DNA of 64,000 nt. It comes from Bacteroidales bacterium UBA1176. Its GTDB lineage: Bacteria; Bacteroidota; Bacteroidia; Bacteroidales; WCHB1-69. A program made the translations under genes and the position numbers. The stretch spans positions 43,227 through 107,226 of the forward strand of contig DBYW01000034.1 of the NCBI GenBank assembly GCA_002311645.1, in the 5' to 3' direction. The notes under the pieces are model-generated. The model was not told the DNA's origin, searched no databases, and was given only the letters and a program-made list of their open reading frames with translations. How positions within the stretch are numbered: position 1 is the first letter of the stretch; each line of letters begins with the position of its first letter. Below, piece after piece: positions 45,051 through 55,900 of this stretch.

Positions 45051-46901
45051 ATGTTTGTACTGATGACATTTTTGTTGATGTCCGTCGTGCCCATGCAGGC
45101 ACAGATCAGGGAACGAATCCAGAACATCAAGAATTCCGATCCTTTGACATTGTCTGGCAACGTGGGCGCTTCGATGGGCATCGCGCACAACAATATCAGC
45201 ACGTATTACTCCACGCCTTTTTCCTATTCGCTCTACGGCAGCCTGAATTTTAACATTTACAGCTTCAACTTGCCGATATCCTTTTATTTCGTAAACAACA
45301 GCACGGAGTTCAGTTATCCCAAAATGCCGCACATTTCGTTAGGCATGACCCCCACCTACAAGAATTGGCGGTTCCATCTGGGTGTGAGCAGCATGCACTT
45401 GTCGAACTACACTTATTCCGGATTGACCTTCATTGGCGCGGGCGCGGAATATCAGGGCAAATTGTTCCGTGCGGCGGCTTTCGGCGGCATCATCAACCGG
45501 AAGACGCGCTTGGAGCAATGGGACGACCGTTCTGCTTTCCAGCGGCTTTCCGACTCGCTGTTAGGCCTCAACATACCGCAATACACCACTCCCCAATACA
45601 GGCGGCTCGGCGGCGGTGCCAAAATCGGCGTGGGCAACACCAAAAACTATATTGACTTGACGTTCTTCAAAGCCAAAGACCAGATCAATTCCTTGCCCGA
45701 GGAGTGGCGCGACACGGTAAAAGCCAAGGAAAACGTCGCCGTGGGTCTCTCCGGACGCTTCGCTATCCGCAACTGGTTCTCCTTTACCGCCAACCTTGGC
45801 GTCACCTTTTACAGCGACAACCTCCGCGACAGTCTCCTCCACATCGACGACAAAACGGACCGTGTTTTCCAGAACCTCAACTGGCTCTACGGCGTGAGAG
45901 GCTCCTCCATTGTGCGCTTCGCGGGCGACGCTGCCATGAATTTCAACTTCAAAGTGTTCAACGCCAATATTTTATACCGTATTGTCCAACCTGATTATGT
46001 TTCGTTAGGCACCTCCAGCTTCAGCCAAAACACCCACAGTATCGGCGTCAATACGAATTTCAGAATGTTCAAAGGCAAGTCGAACCTTACCTTGGTGGGC
46101 TATTTGCAGCGCGACAACCTGAACCACAAACAGATGTACACCAATCAGGTGGCTACTTACACATTGAATTCCAACAACATGATTGGCAGTCATTTCCACT
46201 TGGGATTGATGTACAACGGCATCAAGCAGAACCAATACGACGGCACCACCAAGGTGGCCGACTCGGTACGGCTCAACCGCATCACGCACACGGCGACACT
46301 CTCCCCGATGATTACCTTCCAAACCAAAAACGACCATTCCATATCCCTCAACCTCAGCTTTGTGCAGAATCAGAATCTCAACAAGCTCTATTACGCCAAC
46401 AGTGGCGATGTGATGACATTGACGGGCGGAGTGGGCTACAATATTTCCATCACCCCGGTGAGAGTGTCGGTCAACGCCGGCTACGACTACACCTATTCCA
46501 CCAGCGAAAACTACAGCTACAACGCCCACACGTTGCACTATGGGGTGAATTTCAACATCATGAGCAGGGAAAAGCTCAACTGGAATGCCTATTACAACGG
46601 CTCTGCCGGCTACAATATCGTGAAAGAAGGCGAGAACAACTTCTCCGTCAGCAACTGCTTGGGCAGTTCCTTCAACTTCAATAGTGCCCACACAGCCTCA
46701 CTCTATTTTTCTTTGAGCAATTTCAGTGAGGATATTGTCATCGGCCAGAAGATTGCCACGGCCCTCGACTGCCGCTTCACGCTTGCCTATTCCTATTCTT
46801 TCAAGAAGGTACTGATTAAGAAAAAAGAGGGCGCAAACCAGAAGAAAGAGGATAAGATAACAAAGAAACTACGCAAATTAAGCGAAAAGTCCAAGAATTA
46901 A
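45051..46901 (+). CDS. Predicted outer-membrane beta-barrel protein, first gene of the giant-protein operon
   Basis: ORF 44976..46901. The preferred start is MFVLMTFLLMSVVPMQAQ (signal peptide). Long runs of alternating hydrophobic/aromatic strands with N/G/S turns. The barrel-like end ...FTLAYSYSF is followed by a 32-aa Lys-rich tail. Confidence 0.65.
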   Translation: MFVLMTFLLMSVVPMQAQIRERIQNIKNSDPLTLSGNVGASMGIAHNNISTYYSTPFSYSLYGSLNFNIYSFNLPISFYFVNNSTEFSYPKMPHISLGMTPTYKNWRFHLGVSSMHLSNYTYSGLTFIGAGAEYQGKLFRAAAFGGIINRKTRLEQWDDRSAFQRLSDSLLGLNIPQYTTPQYRRLGGGAKIGVGNTKNYIDLTFFKAKDQINSLPEEWRDTVKAKENVAVGLSGRFAIRNWFSFTANLGVTFYSDNLRDSLLHIDDKTDRVFQNLNWLYGVRGSSIVRFAGDAAMNFNFKVFNANILYRIVQPDYVSLGTSSFSQNTHSIGVNTNFRMFKGKSNLTLVGYLQRDNLNHKQMYTNQVATYTLNSNNMIGSHFHLGLMYNGIKQNQYDGTTKVADSVRLNRITHTATLSPMITFQTKNDHSISLNLSFVQNQNLNKLYYANSGDVMTLTGGVGYNISITPVRVSVNAGYDYTYSTSENYSYNAHTLHYGVNFNIMSREKLNWNAYYNGSAGYNIVKEGENNFSVSNCLGSSFNFNSAHTASLYFSLSNFSEDIVIGQKIATALDCRFTLAYSYSFKKVLIKKKEGANQKKEDKITKKLRKLSEKSKN

Positions 46902-46922
46902 TCACAATTAAACCCTAATATC

Positions 46923-49900
46923 ATGAAACCAATTGTCCGATTTTTCGTCATACTCGCCTGCATGTTTGTCACAACGGCGCAGGCGCAAGTCACGACCACA
47001 ATCACTCCCAAGGTGCAATTGTTCCCGTCGTCAGGATTGAATTATCTGGATGACCCCACCCAGTATTTCAACGTCATCATGACCAACACGGGTCCTGAAG
47101 CCAAGCAGATTTACGTGAGTTTTAGGGTGAGTTGTGACTTTTCGGCTACCGGAGAGAGTTTTTATCTGCAGTCGCCCGCCAATTTGGCGCCACCGCAACC
47201 GTTGACCCTCGCCTCCAATGAGACCCGGGTGATCACGATGCAGAATTTCAGAATGCTGATGTCGCACATCAACGGGCGTGACATCCAGATGGGCGGCATT
47301 ACATGGCAAGACGCCCTGATGTTGCCAGAGGGCAACTATCAGATCTGCATCCAAACCTATTATTGGGACCACGCGGGCACCGTGCCGGCCCCTGTGGAGG
47401 CAGGACCTGCAGGATGCTGCAATTTTACGATTTGCTACTCCGGTTCCGCCCCCGAGTTTACATCCCCCATCATAGGACAGAGCGGTGCCAACATCAATGT
47501 CATCAACCCGATGGCGGACCAGGCGGACAACAACAACGACAACTTCGACGCTGCCAACGGCTCCGACAGCCGCTCCAACTCCGCATACGCCGTGCTCACC
47601 CCTTCGCGTCAAGTGGTTTTCAACTGGACCGGCGTAATCTCCAACTGCATCACCAACTCCAATGTCGACTATATTCTCAAAATCGTCGAGGTGTTCCCAC
47701 AACAGTCCGTATATGATGCCATTGACAATGACCGCACCATTTATACCGTCAACACCGGCTCTCGCACCACTTGCATCATCGACACGATGAATGACCTGAA
47801 CGCCAAGTTCCAGCTTGGGCACACGTATGCCGCCATGGTGCAGGCCGTCCCCAAAAACCAGAATATCATGCTAAAGCTGGGGAACGACGGCAAAAGCCAG
47901 ATTATCACGTTCAGTTGGGGAAAAACGGCCGGAGGCCCTTTCCCGAGGAATATTCCGCCAGGTGGCAACTCCAACAGCCGGACATTAGACTCCTCTTTTA
48001 CAGACAACAAGGCGGATGTGCTGGCCTCCCTGTACGATCCCTACCTTATCATGCCGGCGGTGGACGATGACGCAGCCGATGTCCTCGTGGGCAAATTCCC
48101 CTCCGAGAACGCCAACCGCCCCAAAAACACCAGACCACTCATCGACGGATTATATTACCGCCTCAATGACAAGGACAAATTCAGCGTGTCGTGGCTGCCT
48201 ATGCGCGGCGACTCCCTGACAAAAGTCGAGTATGTCGTCAACCTTTATGAATATATCGGTGGCGATGTCTCTTTCTCCGCATCCCGTCCTCCGTTGAAAT
48301 CCTTCAAAATGACAAAGACGAATGGATTTTCATCCACTTCCGTGGAATATTTATCCCTTCCGGAGAAGTGGGACACTCTGCTGGAGCATGGTAACAAATA
48401 TTTCCTCGTACTTGAAGCAGCCAGCCATTACAAGTACCGGAAAACCACCAACTACACGGAAACCATTGTCGAAAACGGCACCACCACCCAAAACACCTAT
48501 TCCAAATACACCATCATGGAGGGTACGGAATTCTTCTATTCCAATGAAGTGTTCCAATGGGGCTACGACAGCGCATTGCTCGAAACCGTCCAGGTGGCTC
48601 AGCTAATTTATCCTGTGGACATGCGTGGGCGCGCCGCTGACTACGGTCTGGGCGAAACCGAAGTGGAAGAGGTCTATAACAACAGCGCCCTCAACTTCAA
48701 ATGGTCACCGGCCGACAATGTGCTCGATCGCGACACAGTTACCTATAACCTGTTGATTTTCAAATGGAAGAAAGGTATTCTACCTTCCCAGATGAAGGAC
48801 ACCCTGTTCTGCTACAAAAATCTCACTGCGACGGAGTTCATGAACGACACCATCAAGGACTCTCTCAAGGTGGGCAGCCAGTTTGTGGCTGTAGTGGAAA
48901 CACGTGTCAAGCAGGCTGTGGCCACCGACGACCCCTACATCATACCCAACAAGGGTCGTTCCTGGGCAGCTCCGTTCAAGATTGTGGAAACTGCGGAGGA
49001 GACCGCTGATAACGATCCGTCAAGCCAATGTTTCTCAGAGACTTTCGCGAATATTAACAAGAAAGACACCCTCCGGCCCAAAAACATCAATGAAATCAAA
49101 GGCAAGGAGTTGACAATGAACGGCTTCAAGGTTGTTTTCCAAGAAATACAGGAGAAGACCGACTCCATAAAGGACAGAAAGACCAAGAAGGTCACTTTGA
49201 GGAAGAGTTATTACGGCAAAGGATATATCGTGTGGAATCCTTTTGTGCTCAACACACGCATCAAGGTGCAACTCGACTCCATCCTCTTCAACAGCAAATA
49301 CGAGATTTTTACTGGGTGTGCCAAAAGCTTGGCCGCCGACTCCACCGCGCTGTTGCCGATGGATTTCTCAAGTAAGATTGGCGATTGGACCGAAAGCAAG
49401 GTCAACGCCCTTTACTCGAAAGTGGGCAGTGACCAGGACGTCCAGAAATACATCAACTATTTCAACAAGCCTTCCTACACAAGCATCGGCGGCCTGTTCG
49501 GCGCTGGCGACGGCAGTGAAAGCCCCTCCTTCTACTTGCCGCTGAAGGTCAACTCACAGGATTTCTACCTCCCCGACGACGGCTGCAACGTCATCATGGC
49601 CATCAACAACATGTATCTGTCGCCCAAGACGGCGCTCATGAACCTGTTCACCCTGTTCTACAGCCAGGAGGACAACATCTACATCCCGATGATTGCCACC
49701 AACATCTGTATGAAGCCCGACAACTTCTTCCCGGGCATCAATGAGGGCATTGATGTATATTTGGCCAAGGATATTGACATGGAGCTCAGCGACGGTTACA
49801 ATATGACGCTCAAGAGAGCCAGCAAATTGGGCAAGAAGGACGACGGCACGGTCATCTCCTTCCGCACCAAGACGGATGACAAGAGCGCTGGCTTCGAGCA

Positions 49901-52900
49901 GTTGAATCTTGAATTCCAGTTCGACCTCACCTCTTCCTCCGCCCTGGCCCATAACAAGTCGGGCGTACTTGCCCTCAACCCCAAGACCGGTGTTCCGCAA
50001 AAGGGCACGCCTGTCAAGGCCGGCGCCCTCATCATCATCCAAGACTGGAAGGACTGGTTGGCCCGGGTATCCTTCGACCCGTTCGCCCTGGAGGATTTCC
50101 CCGATATGGCTTTCGTGCCAGGACGCAACATCTGGTATGACCACTCTTCCAAGAGCAATCCCGCGAAATTCCCCAAAGATTACCAGTCCAGTGCCGGCAA
50201 GGGCCCCGCCTGGCAGGGATTCTTCATGGAGGACTTGGGGTTTGTGATGTCCGACAAGATCGGTACCGTATTTGGCGCCGGTGACACCAACGTCAAGCCG
50301 ATGTACCAATATAAATACGGGCCGAACGGCGAAATCAAAGACTCTTCCGAAGTGGCCTTCACCAAGCAGTGTCTCGGCTTCCGTATTGCCAACACCATCA
50401 TCGATGCCGAAGGCGTCACCACTGATATCCAGGCGGTCAACATCGTGGACGCCTCCACCAAGGATGCCGGCAGTTGGGCCTTCTCCATCGACACCATCGG
50501 CGTGAAAGTGCTCAAAGGCAAGTTTAACAAGGGCTACATTGTCGGCACCGCCCAAGTGCCGCTGATGACCGGACGCCTTAACTACAACTGCGCCATCGCC
50601 ACCGACAGCTTGACCTTCGGATTATCCACCAAGAAAAAAGACACCCTCGGTTTCGATCTCTGGCTGGCCAAACTCGACATCCAGCAATCCTACTTCAAAC
50701 TGGTACACAAATATGAAAAGACGGCCGCCGACAGTGCCCATCCGCAAACAGCCATCGACCTGAAACTCAACGGCAAGATAAACATCGACTTCCAGAAGCT
50801 CAAGATTCCCGTCAACTTCGCGATGGTGAAATTCGAGAACTTCACCCTGCGCAACTTCAAAAATGCCAAGGACACCAACGTCAAACGCATTGGCGACAGC
50901 GACCTCTGGTTTTACATGGGCGACTGGGCGAAGGCCTCGCCACAGCACTATCTTTCCAGCAACGCCAGCAACAAGGATGTCTATACCGGGTCCATCGGCG
51001 GGTTCACCTTCTCGGTGCAAACCATCAAGCCCGTGTATGGCTTGGAAGGCACCAAAGCGAAACTCGGGTTTGCCACGGCCATCAAGGTAGGCTTCAAGAC
51101 CGGACCCAAAGAGACCAATGACAAAGGAGAATCCTCCGACGCATTTTCCATTGACGCCGGCTGCGGCTTCAAGGTATGGGGTAAGATTGACTACAAGAGT
51201 TGGGATTTCAACAAGGATGACATCGGTGGATCCGTCGATTCCGTCACCATCGAAACCGACTGCTTCTCGGTGTTCAAACTGAAGGGCAAACTGGTCTGGA
51301 TCGGCAACGAAAACCCAGACCCGACCTATGGCGAAGGCATGTTTGGCTCGCTGGACGTCACCATCATGGACAAGATAGAAATTGCGATGGCTGCTGCCTT
51401 CGGCACAGTCGGACAAGACACGTCCAGCTACAAGTGGTGGATGTTCCAAGGCGCGGCCACCGGCTTTGAGATCCCGGTGCCACCCATTGTCTTCACCGGC
51501 TTCGGCGGCGGTTTTGCCTACAATATGACCGTGAAGCCGAGCGCGACATTGGCCAATGCCAAGGCCCACGACCTCATCTCCGGCGACGACGGCGCGTCCT
51601 TGGCCGCCAAGATGGTGTCGGGCAGTCTCTCCCAGTGCGAATTCATACCCCAGAAAAACAGTTGGGTGGCCAAGGCTGGCCTCAGTCTCTCTCTCGCCAA
51701 CGAGAAGCTGATGAACGCCGACGGCATCCTCACCCTGCGCGTCTCCAGGGGCAAATTCAGCGGCATCTTGATTGATGTGTCCACCTATATTCTCACAGAC
51801 CCGTCAGGCGCTGCCGCCACCGCTGCCGCTGAAGAGAAAAACAAGAACACCATGATCAAGGCCCGGGCCCTGATGGGTTACGAACAAAACGACGATTACC
51901 ACTACTTCAAATTCGCCCTCTGCGTCAAAGGCGGAATAGACTTGACCAACATGCTCAAGAATTCGGGTATCACGCAGGCGCTTGACGGTGTAAAAGACAA
52001 GATTAACTGCTTTGGCAACGATGTGATAAAAGATGTGACTTGTGCATTCGATCCCTTGACCAACGTGGCTACCATAGACTCCACCGCAGGCAAGGCCAAA
52101 ACCGACTCGGCTGTTGCCGCAGGCATTGGCGCAGGCATTAACTTTGCGCTTCCCATCGAATTCGAGGTGACATCCTATAAGAAAGGCAACTCGTTAGGGA
52201 AAAGCGGCACCGACTGGTACTTCTGCATCGGAAAACCCACACCCGGCGAACGCGTGGAATTCAACATGTGGGCCAACCTTGTCATCTTTGAGACGAGCAC
52301 CAAGTTCACTTTCTACTTCATCACCGGCAACAGCTTCGACTTTGAGTTGCCGCCATTAGACCCGGAGGTGGAAGAGTTTTTCTTCGGCGGATCTTCCGGC
52401 AAACAAGTCAACACCAATGCCACCAACACGGTGGACCAACAGGGCCAGGAGTTGAAGAATATGTATAAAAACTCGCCCAAGTTCAAGAATGCCGGTGGTT
52501 TTGCAATGGGCATGACGTACAGATCCGAAATCAAATACGAGATGTTCCTTTACATCCAGGTGATGGCGGCCTTCGGTTTCGATGTGGCTTTGCTGGACAC
52601 CAAGGGACAGTCGTGTGAAGGGTATGATCATATCGGAAAGAATGACTTCTACGCTATGGGCCAGTTGTATGCAATGCTGAAGGGCTCTGCCGGTTTGAGC
52701 ATCAACCTCGGATTCTGGAAGGGTAAACTGGAGCTGTGCAGCCTCGGCATCGGCGCTCTCCTCAAGGGTGGCGGTCCGCGTCCTTCCTGGGCGTTCGGAT
52801 TGCTGCGCCTCAAGGCCTCTCTGCTGAACGGCCTGATATCCATCAACACGAGTGTCGATTTCCATGTGGGCAACGTCTGTGTTCCCGGCGCCGGCGACCC

Positions 52901-55900
52901 GTTGGCCAACGTCAACTTCTTCGAAAGCATCACCCCCGGATACAAAGATGCGGCCACGGCATTGAAGGATGGCAACGCGGCGTCACCTATCGGCGGCGGC
53001 GTCATTGTCTCCAACATGCCTTGGAACCAAGCGGTCACCCTCGTGACACCCACTGCAGACGGCAGGGGCGAAGATGCCCGTAAATTCATCTTCGTGATAG
53101 AGAAGAACAAATGCAAACATGAATTCTCCAAGAATCGCGGCACCAGCTGGAGCACAGTGAACAGAAATACCTACAAAATAGAATCTTATCCCAATGATGC
53201 GAACACTCTGTTGTTTGAGGATAATGAAGGTGGTTTTGAGGAAAAGTCCTTGCAAAGATGGAGCTTTACCGCCCGTGCATACGAGTATCGCTTGGCGTTC
53301 GACACTAAAAACAGCAGGTTGAAGGACACTTGTTACGATGAAAACAACAACTTCGTATTCAAAAAGATACCGACAAAATTCGACAACACCACTTGGGGAT
53401 GGTACAACCCCAAGTATACGAATGACAAGGACAGCGCCATCCATGTTTTCCGCCAGGACACGGTAATCTATTTCAACATCGACTCGCTGCCTGACAACCT
53501 CTACAACCAAGTGGTTTATTCGTGGCCGTATAACGGGGATCCTTCAATTCCCAAAGACGAATTTAAGGCTGATTTCGGTGGAAATCATGAGATTAGAATA
53601 TACTTGGCCAAATCTCGTCCCGAGCTCTTTGACCCACAGTTCCTGACTGCCAACGGCAAAGAGATTCAATTCTGGCTTTTCAAAGGCTATGGTGGATTCA
53701 ATAGCCAGCCGTTACGCTGCACCGATTACTATTACTATTCTAATGCAGGACTTCCTTTCATACGAGTGAAAGTGGACGACTCCTTTATAGAGAAAGGAAA
53801 GCCCTATATATTACGAATGTTGTTGGTGAACAAGGCTGACTACCAAAACGCCATCGACAACCTGATGGCGGCGCAACGGGTGTCTACCCGCACGGATTAT
53901 GAGCTCACCAGCCAGAACTGGGACAAGGTATATGCTTCCCACAGAGCCAGCACAAGCACGGGAACTTCTGGAAGTCACCTCAATGTCGGGAATTTCAACT
54001 TTTACTCCAATTCCAAAATAGAAGCCTTGAATCAGCGAATAGAGCATGAGGCTGGAGTGGCCAATCTGGAACCAGTACTGGGCGGAGGATTGTCGAGACC
54101 CAGTCTGGGTGATATTTTCGGTACAGGAACAGGTAATACCACACCCGGCCACGGAACGTTTACTGGAACCACCAATCCCACCATCACCAATCCAGGAACT
54201 TTTATAAGGCCTGCCACCTCATCCCGGCTGACTAACACTGCAAACAACGGTGTGATACTCACCAATTCAGCGAACCTCAATTCCGGCGTGTTGGCCAACA
54301 ACAACCTGAATGCAGGTCTTTTAGAGGTCAATGCCAATCTGGAAACGAATAAGAACATGACTACCGGAAACAGGGGCAGACTGAGAAGTAGTTCCGCCAA
54401 CTCTAACTCCAACGACAACACCGCTGCTACCGGGTCAACGACCATACAGGCCCGCGGTCAACTGAACGGTTCCCTCTCAAACTCATCTTCTTCAAATAAT
54501 CTGAATGTCACTAGTTTGAATGCCCGCAACCTGGTCAAGAGAGAGAGCAACACCATTCAGAGAAAAGGTCAGATTGTCATCTCTGACAACACATCCAACT
54601 CCGCCACTACAATTAATGGCAACACCGTGGTGGTGAACACTTCGTTGGTCAGAATCCCCTCCACAAGCAACTCCAACTCTACCGGCGGCTCGATCACGGG
54701 GGTGTATCATCCGGTTATCAACACGAGTGACAATAGACTCAGCAATGGGTCTCATAACGGCCTGCTCCCGACTTTGGTGGCCACAACGACAACGGATAAT
54801 GTCAGCGTGGAAGATTACCAATATGAGAAATTGAGAGAGGATTACACCGATCAGGGAAGCGACACCTCCATGCTCTACGAAAGAAAGTCCCTTGAAGAGT
54901 ATACCATAGCCTATCAGCTTGGCGACACCATCTATGACCTCTGCTTCAAGACGGATCCTAATTACAGCACATACGAGGAGTTGTTCACGAACATAATGGC
55001 TTGTTACAACAGTGGCATCTCTGCCTCAGGTCCCTCTTCCAGCGCAAGTTCATCGGTCTTCCCGATTATGACATCATCCTCCACCGCACAAAGGTTCGGA
55101 TGGTATTCGTATCTGTTCGTCCCGCAAACCCCGAATGACGCCAACCGCTACAACACCAATGTGAAGTTGCCCGCCATCGCCGCCTTCGTACTCAGCACCG
55201 CCGAGGAACACCGGACAGCAGCAATGGCCAAGCACCTCTTCCTGATGACACAGTTCTCCATGATGAGAGACTATTCCAACTTATACACCAATGCCCCGAT
55301 AAAGAAGATACCTCATCAAAATGACCATGTGGGCAGTTACCGGGATGATTTCTCCATCAACGGTTCCTGGGATGATATCGACTGTGACTACAACCAAGAC
55401 TTCTTCAATGGAACCCAAGGCGGTATTATCCGCGATTATAGCAAAAGTTGGAAGAATCTGGATCTGCGTTCCTACACCGTGTCCCGAAGGGCGAGTACAA
55501 ACCCGGACATGTTTGAACCTTGCGGCCAAATCCTCGGCCATGGTTTGACACTCCCGGATGAATACAGGACCTATTTTGCACAACAATATTGGGCGGTGCC
55601 TAACTTGTTGGAGGTCTCCACAACACGCTCCAAGACAGCCGTTATCACAATTAAATCGTTCGGTGAAAAACAGTCCGATTGGGAAGACTACAATGGCTCC
55701 AGAAACTCCATTGCAACTGTGACCATTACCGACAAAGCCACACCTGCGATGTATGATGACATCAAGATGTTTTTTGATTTCTTCAAAAAATGCACTGAGA
55801 TTGCCGCTTATCCGCTGAACAGGGGATACAGCCACAAGAAAAACATCTTGAAGAAACTCTATTCGGCAGATTATGCCCATGCTTGCCTGCAATTCGACAA

